Virus record (IMG/VR): IMGVR_UViG_3300033121_001133
Coordinates: 1-64,000 of that record
Origin: a virus
Taxonomy: Duplodnaviria; Caudoviricetes
Reading direction: 5' to 3' (one strand)
DNA length: 64,000 nt
Made by a program: the position numbers and the translations under genes
Part shown: one piece after another, positions 47,970 through 56,126 of the stretch
Position numbering within the stretch: the first letter of the stretch is position 1
Layout: every line of letters starts with the position of its first letter
The notes under the pieces: model-generated
Database searches by the model: none
The model's input: only the letters and a program-made list of their open reading frames with translations
Told to the model about the DNA's origin: nothing

Positions 47970-48713
47970 ATGTATCCAACTACCTCCAGTATGAGGACCA
48001 AGCAAACTTGGGATAAGGCCAAATCAGGCCTGCGTGAGTTGGAAACTTACACGCTAGCGGACACCATCAAGATGCTTAACCGGGATGATTTACACCTTAA
48101 GCTGCGAGGGAAGGCTAAGAATAGGACACTACTCAAGACCAATCCGATATTGTATAAATCCATACTTGAACACACAAGTCAGTTGGAAAGCTTGTTTCGT
48201 ACACAAGGCGCTTACAGATCAAACTACAATCTATCGCATAGGATCAGATTCCTAGTGGAGCGAAACTGCAATATAGACTCTTTAGTCTGTAAGTGTGGTA
48301 GAAAGTATACCTGGACATCGTATTGCAGACATTGCCCCGACTACAAGCGAAATCAGTTAGGTAAACCTCACACCGAGGAGACTAAGAAGAAGATGAGGAT
48401 ATCTACCCTGCGGTATCTGGCTGGTTTGAAGGGGCAGGTGATTCCACGGTATAATAAAAACAGTATCGCCCTCATAGAGGCGTATGGCCAAAAGCACGGC
48501 TATGTTTTTATGCACGCAGAAAATGGAGGTGAGTATTTTGTCAGGGAGTTGGGGTATTTTTTGGATGGCTATGATCCTATTCACAATGTAGCCATTGAGG
48601 TAGATGAAAGAAGTCACTTCCATAAGGGTGTGCTTTGTGATAGAGACATTCAAAGGCAGAAGCAGATAGAGGCCTTATTAGGATGCACTTTTGTAAGATT
48701 GAAGTATGATTGA
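47970..48713 (+). CDS. free-standing homing endonuclease, NUMOD3 plus Vsr/DUF559-like nuclease
   Basis: CKCG...YCRHC, GKPHTEETKKKMRIS (NUMOD3), YFLDGYDPIHNVAIEVDERSH...RDIQRQKQIEALLGCTFVRL. Lies between the two intein halves. Confidence 0.8.
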   Translation: MYPTTSSMRTKQTWDKAKSGLRELETYTLADTIKMLNRDDLHLKLRGKAKNRTLLKTNPILYKSILEHTSQLESLFRTQGAYRSNYNLSHRIRFLVERNCNIDSLVCKCGRKYTWTSYCRHCPDYKRNQLGKPHTEETKKKMRISTLRYLAGLKGQVIPRYNKNSIALIEAYGQKHGYVFMHAENGGEYFVRELGYFLDGYDPIHNVAIEVDERSHFHKGVLCDRDIQRQKQIEALLGCTFVRLKYD

Positions 48714-49029
48714 GTATCGTAAAAATACCAAGTACTTGGTAAAGACCCCAACAGGCTTCAAGAGCTTTACTGGAGTGAGGCGCACCACTAAGTCCTCTGT
48801 CTTGGAGATACTATTCAAGGACAACACAAAACTTCAATGCTCCCTAGATCACAGGTTTATTATTGGAGGAGAGGAAATCTTAGCGAAAGACCTAACAGTG
48901 GGAAATCAGCTAACCTCGGACAAAACCATCATAGCTATAACAGAGCTAGACAATTCTAGGTTTCTGTATGACTTGGTGGGTGTAGACGATGGTAGTTTGT
49001 ACATAGCAGATGGTATTGTATCACACAAC
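48706..49029 (+). mobile_element. split intein C fragment (IntC, 108 aa)
   Basis: VKTPTGFKSF, block B CSLDH, AKDLTVG, block F LYDL, block G GIVSHN, then Cys+1 at 49030. Confidence 0.9.
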
Positions 49030-49863
49030 TGTGACTTCTCCACCTCTGGTAACACAGTAGTTTCTCCAACTATTATAACCGAGTACGTAAACAAGTATCA
49101 AAGGGACCCTATTGAGAAGACCGGCTTCGATTCCAATCTATGGATCTGGGAACATCCCGACTACAGCAGAGATTACATCGTGTCTGCAGACGTGGCGCGT
49201 GGAGATGGCACTGACTATTCTGCATTTCACGTGATTGATGTGGAGACAGCGCGGCAGGTTGCCTCATATAGAGGACAGTTAACTACCAAGGATTTTGGCA
49301 ACATGCTAGTTGCAATAGCAACTCAGTATAATGACGCACTGCTTTCGATTGAAAACGCTAATGTAGGTTGGGCAGTACTTCAACAGGCGATTGATCGAGG
49401 CTATCGTAATCTGTATTACACTCAAAGGGACGATGCTCTTGATGCAGATCGATACCTTCTTAGAGGCAGCGACTTGACCAGTAAGTCTAATATGGTGGCT
49501 GGATTCACCATGTCTCATAAAGTTAGGCCTCTGGTGATTAGTAGGCTAGAGCTATACATGAGAGAGTTCAGTTGTGAAATTAGGGACAAGAGGCTCTTAG
49601 ATGAGCTATACACTTTTGTCTATCACAACGGACGTCCTGAAGCAGCACAGGGATACAATGACGATATGGTTATGAGTTTTGGTCAGGGGTTGTGGGTAAG
49701 AGACACAGCAATCAAGCTCCGTCAAGCGGGAATGGAGCTTAATAGGTTGGCAATTTCAAACATTCGCTCTAGTACTGGAGTCTATAAGGCAGCTACTCCA
49801 AACAATCCATGGGAAATGCACACTCCCAGCGGTCAAAGGGAGGATCTTAATTGGTTGCTCTGA
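48706..49863 (+). CDS. terL: split-intein C fragment fused to terminase large subunit nuclease half
   Basis: After SHN|C: DFSTSGNTV...IVSADVARGDGTDYS...IENAN.G...GYNDDMVM, the RNase H-like terminase nuclease. Confidence 0.92.
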   Translation: MIEYRKNTKYLVKTPTGFKSFTGVRRTTKSSVLEILFKDNTKLQCSLDHRFIIGGEEILAKDLTVGNQLTSDKTIIAITELDNSRFLYDLVGVDDGSLYIADGIVSHNCDFSTSGNTVVSPTIITEYVNKYQRDPIEKTGFDSNLWIWEHPDYSRDYIVSADVARGDGTDYSAFHVIDVETARQVASYRGQLTTKDFGNMLVAIATQYNDALLSIENANVGWAVLQQAIDRGYRNLYYTQRDDALDADRYLLRGSDLTSKSNMVAGFTMSHKVRPLVISRLELYMREFSCEIRDKRLLDELYTFVYHNGRPEAAQGYNDDMVMSFGQGLWVRDTAIKLRQAGMELNRLAISNIRSSTGVYKAATPNNPWEMHTPSGQREDLNWLL

Positions 49864-49887
49864 CTATCTATAACAAATAGAGTTTGA

Positions 49888-51723
49888 ATGGCGGATTCTT
49901 CCCTTTTTAGTAGGCTGAAGCGACTCTTCAGTACGGATGTGATTATCCGCAACGTGGGCGGTAATCAGCTTAAGGTTATAGACACTGCTCGAATCCAGTC
50001 TGACGGTAACATCAACACCAACAGACGAGTCGATCGGTTTTCCAGAATGTTCTCAACCAACTCTTCTGGATTCTCCCACTACGCAGGACAGCTTCAGCTA
50101 TACACTCGACTAGAGCTATTCCGAGACTATGAGGCAATGGACTCTGACAGCATTATAGCCTCAGCACTGGACATATATGCCGATGAGTGTACCGTTCAAA
50201 ATGAATTTGGGGATGTGATTGCAATCTCCTCTACTAACGAGAAGGTACACAAGCTGCTACATAATCTATTCTACGATGTGTTAAACATCGAGTTTAATCT
50301 ATGGCCATGGGTGCGCAACACTCTAAAGTACGGGGATTTTTTCCTCAAGTTGAATGTAGCTGAGAAGTTCGGGGTGATCGGGGTAGATCCCATTTCAGCC
50401 TATGAGATGATCCGAGAGGAGAATTACGATCCAGAAAATCCCCAGAAGGTTAGATTCCGTCGAGATCCAACAGCCTTATCTTCCAAATACTCTGCTCAGT
50501 CTGGCGCCCGCGAAGAGGAGGTGTATGACAACTATGAGATTGCACACTTCCGCCTTCTAACCGATACCAACTTTTTACCCTACGGTCGTTCGTTGGTAGA
50601 ACCGGCTCGTAAGGTGTGGAAGCAGTTGACTCTGATGGAGGATGCAATGTTGATTCATAGAATCATGCGTGCTCCAGATAAGAGGATGTTCAAGATTGAC
50701 ATCGGTAACATTCCTCCTAATGAGATTGATGCTTTCATGGAAGCGACAATCACTAAAATGAAGAAGGTACCTTACGTTGATCCCCAGACTGGAGACTACA
50801 ACCTAAAGTACAACATGCAGAACATCCTGGAAGACTTCTACTTCCCGGTCCGCGGTAGTGAAAGTGCAACCACCGTAGAAAACATCTCTGGACTACAATC
50901 AGACGCAATCCAGGATATAGAGTATCTGCGTAATAGGATGCTGGCATCGCTCAAGATTCCAAAAGCCTACATTGGATATGAGGAAGATACCAGCGGTAAG
51001 AGCACTCTAGCCTCCCAGGATTTCCGCTTCGCCCGCACTATTGAGAGAATTCAACGAATCATAGTGTCTGAGCTTCACAAGATTGCAATCGTGCACTTAT
51101 ATGCACAGGGATGCTCAGATGAGGAGTTGGTTGATTTCTCCCTACAGCTAACGGCCCCCTCTACTGTGTATGAAAAGGAGAAGATAGAGTTGTGGCAGAG
51201 CAAGGCAACCTTGGCTGGAGATCTTCTAGAGAAGAAGCTGTGCAGTAGGTACTGGGTGTACAAGGAGGTGTTCAATATGCATGAGGAAGAGTACCTCGAG
51301 GAGCAGAATAGGATCATCATTGATGCCAAGGAGCAGTTCAGAATTGAGCAAATCAAAACAGAGGGCAATGATCCTGTTAAGACAGGACAGTCGTTTGGTA
51401 CACCTCACGATTTAGCTACCCTATACAAGGGAGGAGGAGGGTTGCCAAGAGGATATGATGAGCGAACAGCTGAGATGCCTGAGGGGGGGTGGCCCGGTGC
51501 AGGGCGACCCGAGGAGCCAGGGACTTATGGGACCCACAAACACCCACTAGGATGGGATCCTCTCGGAAATAAGGGTAACAGGAAGGTCTATGAGCAAGCT
51601 ACGGCTGCGAAGTATGGTGGCCTGATTCGAGAGATTAAGAAGAAGGCGGTTACTGAGACGTTTGATTTACGCCCAGAGGAGCCTGAGCCTCCTATGCTCG
51701 ACGAGAACAATCTTTTACCTTAA
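49888..51723 (+). CDS. gp20: portal protein (T4 gp20-like)
   Basis: ALDIYADE, LMEDAMLIHRIMRAPDKRMFKIDIGNIP, EDFYFPVRG, LASLKIPK. Lies between terminase and protease; TATCTAT upstream at 49865. Confidence 0.93.
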   Translation: MADSSLFSRLKRLFSTDVIIRNVGGNQLKVIDTARIQSDGNINTNRRVDRFSRMFSTNSSGFSHYAGQLQLYTRLELFRDYEAMDSDSIIASALDIYADECTVQNEFGDVIAISSTNEKVHKLLHNLFYDVLNIEFNLWPWVRNTLKYGDFFLKLNVAEKFGVIGVDPISAYEMIREENYDPENPQKVRFRRDPTALSSKYSAQSGAREEEVYDNYEIAHFRLLTDTNFLPYGRSLVEPARKVWKQLTLMEDAMLIHRIMRAPDKRMFKIDIGNIPPNEIDAFMEATITKMKKVPYVDPQTGDYNLKYNMQNILEDFYFPVRGSESATTVENISGLQSDAIQDIEYLRNRMLASLKIPKAYIGYEEDTSGKSTLASQDFRFARTIERIQRIIVSELHKIAIVHLYAQGCSDEELVDFSLQLTAPSTVYEKEKIELWQSKATLAGDLLEKKLCSRYWVYKEVFNMHEEEYLEEQNRIIIDAKEQFRIEQIKTEGNDPVKTGQSFGTPHDLATLYKGGGGLPRGYDERTAEMPEGGWPGAGRPEEPGTYGTHKHPLGWDPLGNKGNRKVYEQATAAKYGGLIREIKKKAVTETFDLRPEEPEPPMLDENNLLP

Positions 51724-51741
51724 GGTTGAGTACAGATCCTA

Positions 51742-51748
51742 TACTTAT
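51742..51748 (+). promoter_or_regulatory. putative late promoter TACTTAT
   Basis: Intergenic, 6 nt before ATG 51755. Confidence 0.6.
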
Positions 51749-51754
51749 TGATAG

Positions 51755-52609
51755 ATGAAAAGATCAACACATTCCAAGTTCAGAAATACGGCGATCTTAT
51801 TCGAGTTGCTAACTCGTCAGGTTGCCTCTGATACCATCTGCGGTGTTGAAGCATCTCCCGCATTGGGGATAATTAGGCAGTTCTTTAGTAAGGATAGTGA
51901 GCTATCCAAGGAGCTAACCCTATACAATACTCTACTCAGAGAGAGGTTAACTCAAACCAATCGTGCCGATTACTTAATTAACGCAGTATTGAAGCTGCGC
52001 ACTAAGCTAAATAACAACAAGCTGCGTGAGCAGAAATATGGGTTGATTAGGGAGATCAAGAAGCATTACGATCTTAACAAGTTCTTCAGAACTCCACTAA
52101 GTGAGTATAGACTATGTGCTTCGATCTACAGGTTGTTTGAAGGAGCTACTATTTCCCATGTAGCGGAGGTGGTTAATAGTAGATTCACCATTTTAGAGCA
52201 TCTCACTCGCAGGAGTGGAGTTGTTGCAGAAAGTGGTGTTTCGGTTGAGGGATATCTCAATCAGGATGAGGACGTTCGGCTGCTAGCTTACAAGCTGATG
52301 TTGGATAAATTCAACAGCAAGTATGACGGGCTTTCCGCTAAGCAGAAGAGCATTCTCCGCGAGTACATCAACAACGTGTCGAATACGCCTAAGCTGCGAG
52401 ATTTTGTTGTGGCAGAGTCTGCTCTGATTAAGAAGCAGATCGAGGGGCTTCTCCCTAAGATCGACGACACCGTAACTTCAATCAAGTTGAGAGAGGTTGT
52501 TAAGTTGCTAGATCGCTATACTAAGATTCGTGTAGTTAAGGAGGACCACGTACTATCGCTACTTCTGTATCACGAACTGATAAAGGAGCTGAAGAATGTT
52601 AAGTCCTAA
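51755..52609 (+). CDS. head-module helical protein
   Basis: 284 aa (HSKFRNTAILFELL...), between portal and protease. Confidence 0.75.
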   Translation: MKRSTHSKFRNTAILFELLTRQVASDTICGVEASPALGIIRQFFSKDSELSKELTLYNTLLRERLTQTNRADYLINAVLKLRTKLNNNKLREQKYGLIREIKKHYDLNKFFRTPLSEYRLCASIYRLFEGATISHVAEVVNSRFTILEHLTRRSGVVAESGVSVEGYLNQDEDVRLLAYKLMLDKFNSKYDGLSAKQKSILREYINNVSNTPKLRDFVVAESALIKKQIEGLLPKIDDTVTSIKLREVVKLLDRYTKIRVVKEDHVLSLLLYHELIKELKNVKS

Positions 52610-53318
52610 GGAGATACTCGAAGTTAAGAGTTTCATCAAGAAGCTTCGCAAAGAGGGCTCTACAACTGCTGGGGTCGGTGGCTTTGCTACACCCAACGCT
52701 TTTGTAGGTAGCTCTTCTGCATCCGGTAGTGCAAAGGCAACGGGAGCAGACAAGACCTATACCATCAAGCCCTCAAAGAAGAAGAGGCACTTTGTCAAAC
52801 TGTCTGAGGCAAGCTACAAGGAGTTCAAGCAAGATGACAGCCTAAGCGAGGTGCAGAAGATCAATCAAAGAATTCTGGCCGCTAATCGGATGCTGAGGGA
52901 GGTATCACGAGCTCTGGATCACAGCTTGAAGCTCAAACAAGAGTCTGCCGTTGACAACTCAGCCTACTGGAAGAGGACTAATGAGTCCATTTTGAAGATG
53001 GTTAAGAGGGTGAGTGAGGTTCGTGGAAAGGTTGCTTCGCTAGCTAACATCAAAGAGTTGGCTGCAGGATCGGTGAAAGATAAACTGGCAAAGCTGCTCA
53101 CCAAAGCGGGACTGCAGGTTGTATCAGCTAATATAAGTCACAACCGATTGGGTAATGAATTGTACGAGTTCGATATCTACATCAATGGTGAACCGATTGC
53201 CATTGATTACAATAATGGGGACCTGATTTACCAAGATGTTGATAAGGAGGTGTATCTAGGCAACATAAACCAGAACGAGCAGGCTCTAATCGCTAACATA
53301 AACAAGGTACTAAAGTAA
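52596..53318 (+). CDS. putative prohead core/internal protein
   Basis: LRKE|GSTTAGVGGFATP, LSEA and IKE sites. Confidence 0.65.
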   Translation: MLSPKEILEVKSFIKKLRKEGSTTAGVGGFATPNAFVGSSSASGSAKATGADKTYTIKPSKKKRHFVKLSEASYKEFKQDDSLSEVQKINQRILAANRMLREVSRALDHSLKLKQESAVDNSAYWKRTNESILKMVKRVSEVRGKVASLANIKELAAGSVKDKLAKLLTKAGLQVVSANISHNRLGNELYEFDIYINGEPIAIDYNNGDLIYQDVDKEVYLGNINQNEQALIANINKVLK

Positions 53319-53914
53319 TGCAACTACTAGTTGACTACATAGGATCATTAGAGGTTACTCCAGCTCAGATTAACGAGTCTATCAATCGAAATGATGGAAA
53401 GTTGATTGTTTCTGGTATTGCTCAACGCTCTGATTCCTTCAATCAAAACAACCGAAGGTACCCATTCGAGGTCCTGAAGAGGACATCAGACAAATACAAG
53501 CGGACTTTCATTGCTGAGCGTAGAGCAATGGGCGAGTTGGATCACCCAGATTCTGAGGTGGTTAACTTGGCTAATGTATCCCACAACATGCTTGATCTGT
53601 GGTGGGAGGGTAATAACTTAATGTGCAAGTTGGAGATTCTCCCAACTCCATCAGGTAACATCGCAAAGGAGCTGCTAAAAGCTGGCATCCGAGTAGGGCT
53701 AAGCTCTAGGGGAATGGGATCTGTTCGCAATTTGGGAGAGGGTAAGGTTGAGGTCGAAGATGACTTTGACATCGTATGTTGGGACCTTGTCAGCAATCCT
53801 TCCACCCAAGGAGCATTTATGAATCCAACTCTAAACGAGTCTGTTAAGGCCAACAAGGTGCAAAAATATCACACCATCAACAACTTGATTGGTGACATCA
53901 TCTCAATTATGTAA
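53318..53914 (+). CDS. gp21: prohead protease (T4 gp21-like)
   Basis: NQNNRRYP, GELDHP, NVSH, GLSSRGMGS, WDLVSNPS. Confidence 0.93.
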   Translation: MQLLVDYIGSLEVTPAQINESINRNDGKLIVSGIAQRSDSFNQNNRRYPFEVLKRTSDKYKRTFIAERRAMGELDHPDSEVVNLANVSHNMLDLWWEGNNLMCKLEILPTPSGNIAKELLKAGIRVGLSSRGMGSVRNLGEGKVEVEDDFDIVCWDLVSNPSTQGAFMNPTLNESVKANKVQKYHTINNLIGDIISIM

Positions 53915-53918
53915 CACC

Positions 53919-54350
53919 ATGAAGCTGAAGAAAATTGTCGAGAGCCTCGATCAAAAGGTCGAATTGAATGAAAAGGCTGCGTTCCTTAAGGAGGTTAGTC
54001 GATTCAACGAGTATGGTCGTTCAATTTACAGGACCGAGGGCCTGAGGCAGGTTGCCGAGGCAATCAACAACCTAATTGAGAAGGCTGAGAGGATCACTTT
54101 ACAGGAGACTGATGAGTGGTTTGATGAGGTTACGGTAAAGCGTAACATGAAAGCTCTACGCTCCAACAACGAGCAATTTCAACGCACTCTCAAAGAGGTG
54201 TCAAAGCTTCAACAGAGATTAGAGTCCTTGTATGAGGAGATTGGCAACGGTCTATCCAGGTACTTTGAGATCCAAGATCCAACGGCTGATAACCCATCCT
54301 CTACGGAGCTAGGGGTGACAGGTATCAAAACCCCCTCTAAAAGACTGTAG
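53919..54350 (+). CDS. head-module coiled-coil protein
   Basis: Start ATG 53919, MKLKKIVE|S. Confidence 0.7.
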   Translation: MKLKKIVESLDQKVELNEKAAFLKEVSRFNEYGRSIYRTEGLRQVAEAINNLIEKAERITLQETDEWFDEVTVKRNMKALRSNNEQFQRTLKEVSKLQQRLESLYEEIGNGLSRYFEIQDPTADNPSSTELGVTGIKTPSKRL

Positions 54351-54353
54351 TCA

Positions 54354-54941
54354 ATGAAACTTAGTCGGGAGATCCCAAATCGTATTAGAGAGTCGTCTAC
54401 TAATTCTGCTCTCAAGCTGGCTCGTAGTTTTCACGACTTGTATGAGTCTCTTGCTCCCTCCTTTGGTTATCAGACTAAGAAGGAGACCAGGCAGTTTGAT
54501 CCTAATACTCCGAACGGTAAGTTGATGGTAGCCGTATGCTCTGAGATCTTAAGGAAATACCCCTCTCTTCAATTGGAGGCTGCCAAAGACGAAGATCCAC
54601 CCCCAGCCGAGGATGCCCCAGCAGATGAAGAGGGTCAAGATCAGTCAGCCACTCCGGATCCAAAAGACTTGACAATCAACTTTAATGGAACTAGAGTTCG
54701 CCAGTACAACAAAGTGTTGTTCAAAAGCAATACTGGACTAGTCAAGAGAGTAACTAAGGATGGACTAGTTGTAACGGTTCAACCGGATCAAGTTGATGTG
54801 TTTGTCAACTTCGCAGATATTGTTGAGCAGAAGATCAGCAGAGGTGCGATTAAAGAGGCTTCAAGTGAGGGTGTAGTCAAAACTGGCCTACTCGAAGATA
54901 TCACCGACTTAGGAAAAAAATTCTTTCGAGACAAGCCCTAA
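54354..54941 (+). CDS. putative internal head (poly)protein
   Basis: MKLSREIPNRIRE|S with internal LQLEA, IVE and IKEA sites. Confidence 0.6.
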   Translation: MKLSREIPNRIRESSTNSALKLARSFHDLYESLAPSFGYQTKKETRQFDPNTPNGKLMVAVCSEILRKYPSLQLEAAKDEDPPPAEDAPADEEGQDQSATPDPKDLTINFNGTRVRQYNKVLFKSNTGLVKRVTKDGLVVTVQPDQVDVFVNFADIVEQKISRGAIKEASSEGVVKTGLLEDITDLGKKFFRDKP

Positions 54942-54966
54942 TCGGCGGTTTTGAACTGGCCCGTGA

Positions 54967-55059
54967 TACTTATGGCAGAATACGCCGTTGGTATTACGGT
55001 GTCCCCAACATTTCAGGGTTGCAACTCTAATAGTTGCAGAGTCAAATCCAACAATTAGG
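54967..55059 (+). promoter_or_regulatory. late promoter TACTTAT plus structured 5' leader of the scaffold-capsid operon
   Basis: TACTTAT at 54967. Hairpins ACGCCGT-tggtatt-ACGGTGT and TGCAACT-ctaat-AGTTGCA precede ATG 55060. Confidence 0.5.
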
Positions 55060-56115
55060 ATGAATAAGCTATTGAAAGATGCAATCGCCGATGCGAAAGC
55101 TGTGCGCGCTGCTGCATTGGCCCAAGCTAAAGCCACTCTAGAAGAGGCCTTTACGCCCAAGCTTCAGTCCATGCTATCTCATAAGATCAAGGAAGAGCTT
55201 GACGATGAGATGCCTGAAACTGAACTTGAGCCTGAGATGCCTCCTACAGATGAGGCTGAACTAGCAGAAAAAGCCAGGATGAAGCGCCACGCCGGTATTA
55301 TGGGCGAGGAAGAAGATGGTGAAGATGTAACTGATGAGGTTCCAGCAGAAGAGCCTCCAGTAGAAGCGCCAGCTGAAGATGAGGTACCACCGGTAGATGA
55401 CATGGAAGCTCCTCCAGTGTCAGACGAAGAGCCGATGGAAGAACCAATGGAAGAGCCAATGGACGGTGGCGATGAAGGCGAGGAAGTGTCCGATGAGGAA
55501 CTAGCCGAGTTGCTGCGTGAATTGGAAGGAGAAGAGGAGGGAGAAGAGGTGCCCGAGTCTGAGGATCCGGAGATGCCGATGATGGAAAACAGCGAGGAAG
55601 GTGAAGAAGATGAGACCTCTGAAAAGGAGGATTCATTGGAAGAAGAAATCAACCTCGAGGAGATTATCAAGGCGTTGAAGGAAAACGACGATGAGGATGA
55701 GGACGATGAGAAGGATGGTAAGATGGACGAAGCAGCTAAGGCTAAGGCTGAGTTGCATGAGGCCTACACCACCATTAACTTCTTGCGTGCTAAGCTGAAT
55801 GAGGTTAATTTGCTGAATGCAAAGCTGCTATTTGTTAGCAAGCTGTTCAAGAAGAATAACCTTACTGAAGCTCAAAAGGTGAGGGTGATCGAAACCTTCG
55901 ATCGTGCGAAGAGCGTACGCGAAGCTAAGTTGATCTACACTACCTTGGTAGAGTCGGTACGAACAGTGACTGCTGCACCAACACCGAAGCCTACTAAAAA
56001 GAAGATGACCGAGGGACTGGCTTCTGCTCCGCAGAAGAAGACTGTGATCGTTGAAGAGACAAGTGCACAGTTCAATCGTTTCAAGGATCTAGTCAATTTT
56101 AACCGTAACAACTAA
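55060..56115 (+). CDS. prohead scaffold/core protein (gp22-like)
   Basis: Highly acidic middle with coiled ends (AIADAKAVR...; LNEVNLLNAKLL). Immediately upstream of the capsid gene; ATG 55060. Confidence 0.85.
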   Translation: MNKLLKDAIADAKAVRAAALAQAKATLEEAFTPKLQSMLSHKIKEELDDEMPETELEPEMPPTDEAELAEKARMKRHAGIMGEEEDGEDVTDEVPAEEPPVEAPAEDEVPPVDDMEAPPVSDEEPMEEPMEEPMDGGDEGEEVSDEELAELLRELEGEEEGEEVPESEDPEMPMMENSEEGEEDETSEKEDSLEEEINLEEIIKALKENDDEDEDDEKDGKMDEAAKAKAELHEAYTTINFLRAKLNEVNLLNAKLLFVSKLFKKNNLTEAQKVRVIETFDRAKSVREAKLIYTTLVESVRTVTAAPTPKPTKKKMTEGLASAPQKKTVIVEETSAQFNRFKDLVNFNRNN

Positions 56116-56126
56116 ACCCAACGAAC

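Noticed and set aside
47953-48705. Group I intron interrupting terL
   Set aside because: The gap is filled by the endonuclease ORF with no room for a ribozyme core, and the intein motifs on both flanks explain the split.
55179-55670. Minus-strand Ser-rich ORFs here and the other minus-strand ORFs in the track
   Set aside because: They are antisense shadows of well-supported + strand genes, with no motifs or expression signals.
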